DNA of 64,000 nt from assembly GCA_045863395.1 (NCBI GenBank), contig BTVJ01000001.1:224001-288000 (forward strand), read 5' to 3'. The notes under the pieces are model-generated. The model had not been told where the DNA came from. It ran no database searches and saw only the letters and a program-made list of their open reading frames with translations. The translations under genes and the position numbers were made by a program. This DNA is from Myxococcales bacterium (GTDB taxonomy: Bacteria; Myxococcota_A; UBA9042; JABWCM01; BTVJ01). Below, piece by piece: positions 40,547 through 49,710 of the stretch; within the stretch, counting starts at the first letter, position 1; the number at the start of each line of letters is the position of its first letter.

Positions 40547-41992
40547 ATGCGACCAAGGTGTGGCGCAGCGCTGCTGGCGCTGTTCGTGGCGGCGTGTGAC
40601 GGAGACGTGGGGCCGGCCGGAGCGACGGGCGCAGACGCCGCGGACGCTGCGACCGTCGCCGACGGAGCCTCCCAGGTGGATGGACACGGCGACACCGTGG
40701 GGAGCGACGCCTCGAGCGCGGACGACTCAGCCGGCTCGCCCGAGTCCGACTCGATCTCCGCGCTCGACGCCCGGGTCGGACCCGATGTCCCTGCGGCGGA
40801 CACCGCGGGAACGTCGGACGGCAGTGACACGGGCGCGGACGCCGCCGGTGGCTGCACGACCATCGTGGACCCCGACCAAGGTGGCGCGGCTCTCCAGGCC
40901 GCCCTGATCGCCGCCGCGTCGGGTGACGTGGTGTGCCTCGGCCAGGGCACGTTCGATGTACAATCCGAGCTGTCCCTCACCACGGGCGGCGTCACCATTC
41001 GCGGCTGGGGCATGGATGCGAGCGTCCTGAGCTACACCAATCAGGTCGTTGGCGCCAATGGCCTGAAGATCACCGGAAACAATGTCACACTGGAAGATTT
41101 CGGCCTTGTCGATCCTGCTGGCGATGGCGTCCGGGCGGACGCCGTGAGCGGCCTGACCCTGCGCGGCGTCTCGGTCCGGTGGACCACTCCGGCGTCCGGC
41201 GACAACGGCGGCTATGGCCTCTACCCAGTGCAGTCCCAGGACGTGCTCGTGGAGGGCTGCGTCGTGGTCGGCGCGAGCGACGCCGGCATCTACGTCGGGC
41301 AGAGCACCAATGTCCTGGTTCGCCACAACGAGGCCATGGGGAACGTGGCCGGCATCGAGATCGAGAACACCACCGACGCGGAGGTGGTGGACAACAACGT
41401 CCACGACAACACCGCGGGGATCCTGGTGTTCAACCTCCCGGGCCTCCCGGTGCAGGACGGCAAGCGCGCCAAGGTCCACGACAACCAGGTCACGAACAAC
41501 AACGGCATGAACTTCGCTCAGGAGGGCAACATCGTCGCCATGGTCCCCTCGGGGACCGGCATCATGGTGCTCGCGTCAGACGACAACGAGATCCACGACA
41601 ACCAGATCGCAGGGAATCAGACGGTGGGGGTCCTGATCATCCACTACGCCGACATGCTCTTCGGCGCCCCCACGGACCCGGACTTCGACCCCTACCCCGA
41701 GGGCAACTGGGTACATGGCAACACGCTTGCCGACAACGGCGCGAGTCCGCAGGGGATCGCCGCCGCCCTCCCCATCCCCAAGCCCATGGCCCCCCTGGCC
41801 TGGGACGGCTGCACCGACCCCGCCAAGGGGGACGACGCGGCGCTCAGAAACTGCTTCTCCTCCAATGGGGACGCGGCCTTTGTGGACTTCGACCTGTGCG
41901 GTGGGTTCGCAGACGTCTCGTCGGACGCGACCCCCGTGACCTGCGAGCACTCGACTCTGCCGGCCATCGACCTGCCCGGAGCGGCTCCGTGA
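40547..41992 (+). CDS. Parallel beta-helix lipoprotein (TIGR03805-like)
   Basis: Lipobox FVAAC; NGGYGLYPVQS, GASDAGIYVGQS, NVAGIEIEN, GILVFNLPGLP. Confidence 0.85.
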   Translation: MRPRCGAALLALFVAACDGDVGPAGATGADAADAATVADGASQVDGHGDTVGSDASSADDSAGSPESDSISALDARVGPDVPAADTAGTSDGSDTGADAAGGCTTIVDPDQGGAALQAALIAAASGDVVCLGQGTFDVQSELSLTTGGVTIRGWGMDASVLSYTNQVVGANGLKITGNNVTLEDFGLVDPAGDGVRADAVSGLTLRGVSVRWTTPASGDNGGYGLYPVQSQDVLVEGCVVVGASDAGIYVGQSTNVLVRHNEAMGNVAGIEIENTTDAEVVDNNVHDNTAGILVFNLPGLPVQDGKRAKVHDNQVTNNNGMNFAQEGNIVAMVPSGTGIMVLASDDNEIHDNQIAGNQTVGVLIIHYADMLFGAPTDPDFDPYPEGNWVHGNTLADNGASPQGIAAALPIPKPMAPLAWDGCTDPAKGDDAALRNCFSSNGDAAFVDFDLCGGFADVSSDATPVTCEHSTLPAIDLPGAAP

Positions 41993-43176
41993 AGTGGGCG
42001 CTGGCGTTCCTGCTGTCGGCAGCTGGGTGCGCGGCGCGCGCCGGCGACGCGGCGACGGACGCTGGCGCCACCCACGACGCCTCCGCGGCAGCGCCCGGGG
42101 ACGGCGGAGACGTGCCCTCCCTCGTGGCTGACGCCTCGCAGGCCGACTCGCTTGTGGACCCGTCCGGTCCCCAGCGTCTCGGCCCCGCGCTGGGAGGCCC
42201 GTACCCCCTCCTCTCCGACTATCGCCTGTTCACGGGAGACCCGGCCCTTCAGGTCCCCTCGCCCGGCGTCCTCCCCTACGAGGTGGCGGCACCCCTCTGG
42301 TCGGATCACGCCCGCAAGCATCGCTTCCTGGTGCTCCCTCCAGGTGAGGTGGCCGCTCCCACCCCCGACGACACCTGGGCGCTCCCCGTCGGGACCATCC
42401 TGGTCAAGACCTTCGGGTTCGCAGAGTCCCTCGACGACCCCGACTCCCCGGAGCTCCTGGTGGAGACGCGCCTCCTGATCCACGAGGACCGCCCGTCCGG
42501 CCCCACCTGGGGCGCCTACGTGTACCTGTGGACCGAGGACCAGAGCGACGCCGTCCGGCTGGACGGGGGGACCATCGTGAAGGTGTCCTATTCGCGCGAT
42601 GCCCAGGCGCTCGAGACCCCGTATGTGGTGCCCAACACCAACCAGTGCGTCGACTGCCATGCGCTCCACAAGGTAGCCCGCCCCATTGGCATCACGACGA
42701 GGCAGCTCGCGCGGCAGGTGAAGCGGGGCGAACAGGTGGTGGACCAGCTCGCCTGGCTCGCCGCCCAGGGAGCGCTGATGGTGCCGCCGCAGGGCGAGGG
42801 CCTCGCGGACCCCTATGGAGATGGCCCGGTCGAGCCCCGCGCCCGGGCGTGGCTCGACGCCAACTGCGGCCACTGCCACCGTGACGGGGGCTCGGGCGGC
42901 CCCTCGGGGCTGTCGTTGCTGGCATCCGAGTCGGACCCGGCCCGCTACGGCGTGTGCAAGCCCCCCGTCGCAGCGGGCCCCGGGACCGGCGGGAGGCACC
43001 ACGACATCGTCCCCGGAGACCCGGACGCGAGCATCCTGGTCTACCGCATCGCGTCGACGAGCCCGGCCGTCAAGATGCCCGAGATCCCGAACCTGCTCGT
43101 CGACGAGCCGGGGATCTCGCTCATCCGGGACTGGATCTCTGCGATGCCGCCGCAGGACTGCGGACCGACTCCGTGA
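41989..43176 (+). CDS. SO2930-family diheme c-type cytochrome lipoprotein
   Basis: GTGA overlap; LSDYRLF, PLWSDHARKHRF, ETRLL, CVDCH, NCGHCH, MPEI. Confidence 0.82.
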   Translation: MKWALAFLLSAAGCAARAGDAATDAGATHDASAAAPGDGGDVPSLVADASQADSLVDPSGPQRLGPALGGPYPLLSDYRLFTGDPALQVPSPGVLPYEVAAPLWSDHARKHRFLVLPPGEVAAPTPDDTWALPVGTILVKTFGFAESLDDPDSPELLVETRLLIHEDRPSGPTWGAYVYLWTEDQSDAVRLDGGTIVKVSYSRDAQALETPYVVPNTNQCVDCHALHKVARPIGITTRQLARQVKRGEQVVDQLAWLAAQGALMVPPQGEGLADPYGDGPVEPRARAWLDANCGHCHRDGGSGGPSGLSLLASESDPARYGVCKPPVAAGPGTGGRHHDIVPGDPDASILVYRIASTSPAVKMPEIPNLLVDEPGISLIRDWISAMPPQDCGPTP

Positions 43177-43205
43177 CGGCCCCCTTGACTCCGGAGGACA
43201 GCACC

Positions 43206-44186
43206 GTGAACGCCCTGGTGTCCCGCAGCGCCTCGACCCCCCTCGAGTGGGTTGAGCTCCCAGATCGCCCCCTGAGGCCCGACGAGGTGCGCGTCACCGT
43301 CGCCGCCGCGGGTGTCAACCCCGTGGACTGGAAGATGCGCGGCTTCGACCTGCTCGGGCTCGCGCACGCCGTCGTCGGCCCCTCTGGTCCGTTCGTCCCC
43401 GGCATCGACTTCGCGGGCCACGTCGTGGAAGTGGGCGCGGCCGTCACGGAGCTCGGGCTCGGCGACCCGGTCGTGGGGGCGACGGACTTCTCCCGGCGCC
43501 AGCGGGGGAGCTACGCGCGGACCGTGCAGGTGCGAGCGGATCAGGTGGCCGCGCTGCCGCCGGGGGTCCCCCTGGACGAGGCAGCCTGCCTCCCCGTCGC
43601 CGGGGTCACCGCATGGGCGGCCTTGTTCGATCGAGGCACCCTCGCGCAACGGGCAGAGCCGCGGGTCCTCGTGCTCGGGGCATCGGGGGGCGTAGGCCAC
43701 CTCGCCGTGCAGCTCGCGCGGGACGCGGGGGCGGCGGTCGTCGGGGTCTGCTCCGCCCGCAACGCGGCGCTGGTCCGCGGTCTCGGCGCCGTGCACGTCG
43801 ACTATGGCGCGGGCGACCCCCTGGAGGCCGCCGCGCCCCACGGGCCGTTCGATGTGGTCGTCGACGCGGTGGGGTCCCGGAGCTACCCCATCCGGCGCTG
43901 CCTTGCGGTCCTACGGGACGACGGCGCCCACGTCCTCATCATGCCGCGTCCCGCCGACTACGCGCGCCTCGCCACCTCCCGCCGCGTGAGCACCGTTCTC
44001 GGGCGGGCGACTGGCGCCAACCTGGCGCCCCTCGTCGAGCGCCTCGCCACGGGGCGCCTCCGCGTCGCCATCGCCGAGCGCGTCCCCTTCGACGAGGCGG
44101 AGCGCGCACACCAGCTCTCCCGCGAAGGTCGGGTCGTGGGCAAGCTGGTTCTCGTGGCGCCCGAGCTGATGGCCCCCACCCGCTGA
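43206..44186 (+). CDS. NAD(P)-dependent MDR / quinone-oxidoreductase-like protein
   Basis: AGVNPVDWK, PGIDFAG, GASGGVG, GKLVL; GGAGG RBS before GTG. Confidence 0.88.
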   Translation: MNALVSRSASTPLEWVELPDRPLRPDEVRVTVAAAGVNPVDWKMRGFDLLGLAHAVVGPSGPFVPGIDFAGHVVEVGAAVTELGLGDPVVGATDFSRRQRGSYARTVQVRADQVAALPPGVPLDEAACLPVAGVTAWAALFDRGTLAQRAEPRVLVLGASGGVGHLAVQLARDAGAAVVGVCSARNAALVRGLGAVHVDYGAGDPLEAAAPHGPFDVVVDAVGSRSYPIRRCLAVLRDDGAHVLIMPRPADYARLATSRRVSTVLGRATGANLAPLVERLATGRLRVAIAERVPFDEAERAHQLSREGRVVGKLVLVAPELMAPTR

Positions 44187-44237
44187 CGGACCACGGCGAA
44201 TCCTCGCCAGCGGGTGCCTCGCGCCCGCCCCCTCTCT

Positions 44238-44320
44238 TTGTCTCACAACGACACCACGATTTGTATCACGTTGTACTTGACGCACGGCACAATCAAGCGC
44301 ATCTTCGTGTCACATTGTGA
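44238..44320 (+). promoter_or_regulatory. Promoter with candidate operator boxes for the RHH gene
   Basis: TTGACG(44277)-N17-CATCTT; TTGTCTCAC, TTGTATCAC and palindrome TCACATTGTGA. Confidence 0.5.
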
Positions 44321-44336
44321 TCCAAATGGAGGTCGG

Positions 44337-44768
44337 ATGGCTGAGGAAAACGACAGAAAGGAGAGGGTCCTCCACACGAGGGTCCCGGAGCACCTGGACG
44401 AGGAGATCCGACGCCGGGCCAATCGCCTGGGGGTCTCCGTGTCTAACCTCGTCAGGAACGCGCTGGCCCACACCTTCGGGCTGGTCGAGGACGTGATCGC
44501 AGACAGCGCCAGCGTTGCTCGCTCCGCGCGGGGCGAAGGTCCGCCACCGCGCGTCGCCCCCAAGCCCGCGGCCATCCTCGGGTGGCAGGCGCTCGTGCTG
44601 AACCTGAACGCCATCTGCGCCCACTGCAACGTGATCCTGCCCAGGGGGACGGAGGCGGCGCTCGTCGTCACGGACCCGCCCGGCTCGCGCGAGTTCATCT
44701 GCACCCACTGCCTGAAGGAGCTTCGCCATGACGGTTCAACCGGCCCAAGTGACGCCTCAGATGCCTGA
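44337..44768 (+). CDS. Ribbon-helix-helix regulator with C-terminal CxxC...CxxC zinc finger
   Basis: VLHTRVPEHLDEEIRRRANRLGVSVSNLVRNAL; CAHC...CTHC. Confidence 0.7.
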   Translation: MAEENDRKERVLHTRVPEHLDEEIRRRANRLGVSVSNLVRNALAHTFGLVEDVIADSASVARSARGEGPPPRVAPKPAAILGWQALVLNLNAICAHCNVILPRGTEAALVVTDPPGSREFICTHCLKELRHDGSTGPSDASDA

Positions 44769-46275
44769 CCTCCTCGCCCTGGCCCCCCAAGGCATGTTGG
44801 GCCGCGCCCTGCGGGCCGTGGACTCGTCACTCGCCCTGGTGGGCACGGTCCTCGGGCGCACCGAGAGGCTTGTCCGGGACGTGCGCCGGGACTCACGGGC
44901 CGTCGCCGACGAGTCCGTCGCGCTCTACGCCGCGGCAGCGCGGGTGGCCGGGTCCGTGGGGGAGGCGGTCCGCGCGACGCCGCGCTTCACGCGCATCGTG
45001 ACCGCGGGCCTGCGGGTCCTGGCCGGCTACCGCATCCACCAGGCGCGGGCGGAGCACCTGGACCCGGCGGAGGCGCGGGCCGCTCTCGACGCGCTCCACG
45101 CGGCAAGCGCGCAGCGGCTCCACGACCTGTGCGTGGACCTGGGCGGCGGCGTGCTCAAGCTAGGGCAGTTCCTGTCGTGCCGCGTCGACCTGCTGCCCCC
45201 CGCCTACGTGCAGACCCTCGGGGCGCTGTGCGACCGGGTCCCCGCGGAGCCGACCGACACGGTGCTCGCGCTGCTGGAGGAGGAGCTCGGCCGCCCCATC
45301 GCGGAGGTGTTCCCGGTCTTCGACCCCACCCCCATCGCCGCCGCCTCCCTTGCCCAGGTTCACCGGGCGGAGCTGGCGGACGGCACGCGGGTCGCTGTCA
45401 AGGTCCAGCGGCCCGGAATCGGGGCGGTCGTCGAAGTCGACGTGGCCGCGTTGCGCGTCCTGGCGACGGTCCTCGACGACATGGTGCCCATGGCGGACCT
45501 GGGCACCGTCGCCAGCCAGGTGGGCGCCTCCCTGGAAGACGAGCTGGACTTCGCGGCCGAGGCCCGCCACCTGGAGGCGTTCGGCGAGCTGCTCGCCAAG
45601 AGCGAGCGCGTCTGCGTACCGCGGGTCCACCCGGAGGCAAGCTCGGCGCGGGTCCTGACCATGGACCTGGTCGAGGGCGAGCGGCTGCTGGATTTTCTGG
45701 AGGGCTGCACCGCTCGCGAAGGCGGCGCGGGCGACCGAGATCGCCTGCTCTCAACGCTCGTCGACTGCTTCACGGCGCAGATCCTCGTCCACGAGCGCCT
45801 CCACAGCGACCCCCACCCCGGGAACTTCCTCGTGGCGCCTGACCAGCGCCTGGTGCTGCTGGACTTCGGCTCGGTGCGCACCTTCGAGCCTGGCACCGGG
45901 CGCGCCTACTCCGAGCTGGTCGGCGCCGTCCTGGGCGGCCAGTCGGCCAAGGCGGGGGAACTCCTCGGGCGCATGGGGTTCCGCACCCGCGACGAGGACC
46001 CGGCGACCCTCACGCGCTTTGCAGAGATGCTCCTCGCGGCCTTCCGGGAGAGCGCGTCCCTCGCCTCTCTGGATCCGGCGGCCCAGGTCGCTGAGGCCCT
46101 CGCCCTGGCCCGCGACAACCCCATCGTGTCGGTCCCACCGGACTTCGTGATGATCGGCCGGGTCTTGGCGACGCTGGCGGGCCTGCTCGTGCACTACCGC
46201 CCGGACATCGACCTGTTCCGCATCGTCGCTCCTCACCTCGCTGCGTCCCTGGCCCGCCGCCCCCTCGCCGCCTGA
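44728..46275 (+). CDS. ABC1/AarF/UbiB-family atypical kinase
   Basis: KLGQFLS, AAASLAQVHRA, VAVKVQRPG, ELDF, HSDPHPGN, LLDFG; start may be at 44761. Confidence 0.9.
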   Translation: MTVQPAQVTPQMPDLLALAPQGMLGRALRAVDSSLALVGTVLGRTERLVRDVRRDSRAVADESVALYAAAARVAGSVGEAVRATPRFTRIVTAGLRVLAGYRIHQARAEHLDPAEARAALDALHAASAQRLHDLCVDLGGGVLKLGQFLSCRVDLLPPAYVQTLGALCDRVPAEPTDTVLALLEEELGRPIAEVFPVFDPTPIAAASLAQVHRAELADGTRVAVKVQRPGIGAVVEVDVAALRVLATVLDDMVPMADLGTVASQVGASLEDELDFAAEARHLEAFGELLAKSERVCVPRVHPEASSARVLTMDLVEGERLLDFLEGCTAREGGAGDRDRLLSTLVDCFTAQILVHERLHSDPHPGNFLVAPDQRLVLLDFGSVRTFEPGTGRAYSELVGAVLGGQSAKAGELLGRMGFRTRDEDPATLTRFAEMLLAAFRESASLASLDPAAQVAEALALARDNPIVSVPPDFVMIGRVLATLAGLLVHYRPDIDLFRIVAPHLAASLARRPLAA

Positions 46276-46391
46276 TCGCCAGGTCCGCGCCCACGGCTCC
46301 GGACGACGCCAATTGGAAAGCCCCACGGTTCGCCGCTACACTGCACGGTTGGTGGAGCCGCCGCTCCCACGAACCTGCGGAGTGGACCCGC

Positions 46392-47069
46392 ATGAGTCAC
46401 CGAGCAATCGGTCCTCTGATCCTGATCGCGCTCGTCGGCCTGCCTGCCTCTGCCATCGGTGGCACTGGAGCCCCCTGCGGCGACCTGGACTACCAGGGGC
46501 GGTGCAAGGACGGCCTCGTCCAATGGTGCGAGGACGACGAGCTGCACGAGACGGACTGCTCCCAGCTTGGCCGCGCCTGTGGGTGGGACGAGGCTCGCGG
46601 CTTCTTCCAGTGCGTTCCCCCACCGGGCCCCGAGGGGACCTGCCCTGACGACCTGGACTGGAGCGGTCGCTGCGAGGAGGACGACCGGGTCGTCTGGTGC
46701 CAGGACGGTGCGGTCCAGGCGCTGGAGTGCGCCGCCGGTTCCCGCTGCGGCTGGAACCCGGAGGGCTTCTACGACTGCGTGGCGAACGACGGTCAAGGGA
46801 GCTACGGCGGCGACCAGGCCGCCGGAGCGGCCCCGAGCGAGGAGCCGAGCGACCCTGCCAAGCCGGCCCCAAAGGGCCCCGGCCCCGCGACCGACAAGAC
46901 GCCGACAGAGAAGGACGACCTCGACCTCACCGCTGACACCACCCCCGACAGCGCCCCGGAGCAGACAATCACCCAACCGGGCTACGGCTGCTCGTCCACG
47001 GCAGCCCCGACAGGAGCCCTCGGGGTCCTCGTCCTGGCGCTGGCCGCGCGCCGTCGCCGTCCTACTTGA
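46392..47069 (+). CDS. Secreted Cys-rich protein with two internal repeats and MYXO-CTERM tail
   Basis: Two CxDLDxxGRC...WC...CGW...C units; GYGCSS...LVLALAARRRR. Confidence 0.75.
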   Translation: MSHRAIGPLILIALVGLPASAIGGTGAPCGDLDYQGRCKDGLVQWCEDDELHETDCSQLGRACGWDEARGFFQCVPPPGPEGTCPDDLDWSGRCEEDDRVVWCQDGAVQALECAAGSRCGWNPEGFYDCVANDGQGSYGGDQAAGAAPSEEPSDPAKPAPKGPGPATDKTPTEKDDLDLTADTTPDSAPEQTITQPGYGCSSTAAPTGALGVLVLALAARRRRPT

Positions 47070-49710
47070 GCGCCTTCGGGTTTGGTGCAAATCGCAGGAT
47101 GGTGCCGATGTCGCCGACCACGGTGATGTCGTCCAGGGTCGAGCCGTGGATGTCGAAGAGGGTGGCCACGGAGCCGCTCGCCATGGGCTGCCACTGCTGG
47201 CCGTCCCACCGCACGATGGTGCCGCCGATGCCCACCGCGAAGGCCAGCGCGTCGGTGACGGCGTAGACGCTCCGCAGTGAGGCCGGGTACTGGTTGGCGC
47301 CCCGCTCCCAGACTTCGCCGTCCCACTCCACGATGGTGCCGTTCTCGCCCACGGCGAACATCAGGTCCGTTGAGCGCGCCCAGCAGCCGTGGAGCTGGTC
47401 CGAGACCGGGCCCGTGCTGCCGTCGGCGTACACGATGGGCTTGATGGGCTGAAACGCCCAGTTCTTGCCGTCCCATCGGAAGATCACCGCGCCGGCGCCG
47501 ACCACCAGAACGTTGTCGGGCCCCGAGCCGCAGACGCCGCGCAGCGTGACGGGCGCGCCCTGGGTCGCCACGGACATCCAGGACTTGCCGTTCCAGCGGA
47601 TGATGAAGCCATCCCCCGCCGCGTAGACCTCCGAGGGGCCCGTGCCCCACACGGCATAGAGGGGCGCCTCGCCGAAGGGGCTCTCCACCTGCTTGTACTC
47701 GTCGCCGTCCCAGTGGACCATCACGCCCTTGTCGCCCACCACCCACACGTCGTCGGGTGCCCCGGCGTAGACGCCGAAGTAGTCGGCCGACAGGGGGTTG
47801 GACGCGTCCTTCCACGCGGCCCCATCCCAGCGGCGGATGGCGCCGTTCTTGCCGACCGCCCAGGCGTCCTGCGCGGAGCGCACGGAGAGCGCGAGCAGGG
47901 CCTGGCTGGTGCCCGTCGCCACCGGCGTCCAGGCGTTGCCGCTCCGGTGGAGCGCCACGCCGTCGTCGCCCACGGCGATGGCCGTCTGTCCGTCCGTCCA
48001 GACGGCGCGCAGGTTCGAGGGCGTGCCCGACACCTCCGGGACGAAGCCGCCGCCGACCAGGTGGAGGATGGTGCCGCCGTCGCCTACCGCGTAGACGTCG
48101 CCCGAGGACGCGCCCCAGATACCGCGCAGGGAGTTCGCCGTGGGCGAGGACAGGCTCGTCCAACCGTCGCCCGCGTCGAGGAGGATCACTCCGCCCGCGC
48201 CCACCGCCCATCGGAAGGCGCTCCCGCCGGACCACACCGCATGGATGGCACCCGTCGGAGGGGTCTGCGCCTCGGTGAAGGAGCCGCCGACGGTCTGAAG
48301 CACGAGCCCGCTCTCGCACCCGGCCAGCAGCTCGCCGTCTGCCCCGCCCAGAGCGCGGATGGGCCACGGGGTCTGCGAGCCCAGGGTCACGGGTGCCCAG
48401 GCCGATCCGCTGTAGTGGGCGAGCGCCCCATTGACTCCCACGGCCCATAGGTCCTTCGGGCCCGAGCCCCACACGTCGAACAGGGTCCCGAAGGTCGGCG
48501 CGTCCGTTGGCGCCGCAGTGCAGTGGGTGACGATGACCAGGTCGTCCACGTAGACGCCCTCGCCCTCGTTCCCGAAGCTGTCCACGGAGTCGAACACGAG
48601 CTGGAGCGCGATGGACTGGCCCGAGAACTTGGAGATGTCCACCGTCACGGGCAGGAACGCCTTGGGGGCGTCCTTCTTGGCCCACACCTGCGTCACGTTG
48701 GCCCCGTGGAGCACGTTGAGGGCGACCCGGTCGAAGGATTCGCCGGCCTCCGTGTCCACATAGATCTGGAAGGACGCCACGACCTGGCCAGCGACGGGGA
48801 GCTGGATGGCGGGGCTCGTCGCGCTGGCCCCGACCACCTTGCCGTTGTTGAAGGATGGGCACGTTCCCCCACCGCCCACACAGGGCGCCGACGGATCACC
48901 GAAGTAGAGGGCCGACGGCGGGCTCGTGTAGCGCGGCTTTCCGTCCGCCCCGATCGTGGACACCACGGACCAGACGATGCCCCCCTTGTCCGGCACGTCG
49001 GCATACAGGTCCTGGACCTGCCAGCCGCCGAGGCCCGCGTCGAAGGTGGCGGACCAGGCCTCGCCACCGCAACAGCCCGGCAGGCCAGCGGGCGGGTGGC
49101 TGCACAGGCCGGTCTCCGCGCAGACGTCCACTGTGCATGGGTCGCCATCCTGACAGTCGGCGTCGGTCAGGCAGCCGGAGGGGGCGGTCCAGCTCATGCC
49201 ATTCCAGTGGGCGATGGCGCCGGCGAAGCCCACGGCCCACGCGTCGCTGGGGCTCGTCCCCCAGATGCCGTTGAAGTTGGGCCACTCCCCCTCGGAGAGG
49301 ATCGACCACTTGGTGGTGTCTCCTCGCACCAGGATCCCGTCGACCCCCGCCAGGAGCACCGTCTCCGCGCCACCCACCCACACCCCCTTGAAGACGTGCT
49401 CCTTCTTGATGTTGGGCGGGAGGATCTGCTCCCAGGTGCCGATGGGCCCGACGTCGTCGGGTGGGGCCGCCACGTCGTCCGCGACATCCGCGTCTGCCGA
49501 GAGGTCCTCCGTGTCGCTCGCGTCCTCGGGCGCCGGAGCGTCGTCCAGCGGCGGCGCGTCCTCGACGGCGTCCGCGTCCGCACCGCCCCCGGCGTCCTCC
49601 GCGGCGTCCTCGCCTCCATCGACGTGCGCGTCCACCACCTCCGGAGCGGGCCCCTCGCTCGTGCATGACACGACCAGCGCCAACAAGACCGGGAGAGACC
49701 AGCGTGTCAT
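47062..49710 (-). CDS. Lipoprotein with WG/VWAVG propeller repeats, Cys-rich repeat and MAM-like domain
   Basis: LVVSC lipobox; CQDGDPCTVDVC; EGVYVDDL; many W(G)xxxxDVWAVG repeats. Confidence 0.75.
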   Translation of the reverse strand: MTRWSLPVLLALVVSCTSEGPAPEVVDAHVDGGEDAAEDAGGGADADAVEDAPPLDDAPAPEDASDTEDLSADADVADDVAAPPDDVGPIGTWEQILPPNIKKEHVFKGVWVGGAETVLLAGVDGILVRGDTTKWSILSEGEWPNFNGIWGTSPSDAWAVGFAGAIAHWNGMSWTAPSGCLTDADCQDGDPCTVDVCAETGLCSHPPAGLPGCCGGEAWSATFDAGLGGWQVQDLYADVPDKGGIVWSVVSTIGADGKPRYTSPPSALYFGDPSAPCVGGGGTCPSFNNGKVVGASATSPAIQLPVAGQVVASFQIYVDTEAGESFDRVALNVLHGANVTQVWAKKDAPKAFLPVTVDISKFSGQSIALQLVFDSVDSFGNEGEGVYVDDLVIVTHCTAAPTDAPTFGTLFDVWGSGPKDLWAVGVNGALAHYSGSAWAPVTLGSQTPWPIRALGGADGELLAGCESGLVLQTVGGSFTEAQTPPTGAIHAVWSGGSAFRWAVGAGGVILLDAGDGWTSLSSPTANSLRGIWGASSGDVYAVGDGGTILHLVGGGFVPEVSGTPSNLRAVWTDGQTAIAVGDDGVALHRSGNAWTPVATGTSQALLALSVRSAQDAWAVGKNGAIRRWDGAAWKDASNPLSADYFGVYAGAPDDVWVVGDKGVMVHWDGDEYKQVESPFGEAPLYAVWGTGPSEVYAAGDGFIIRWNGKSWMSVATQGAPVTLRGVCGSGPDNVLVVGAGAVIFRWDGKNWAFQPIKPIVYADGSTGPVSDQLHGCWARSTDLMFAVGENGTIVEWDGEVWERGANQYPASLRSVYAVTDALAFAVGIGGTIVRWDGQQWQPMASGSVATLFDIHGSTLDDITVVGDIGTILRFAPNPKALK

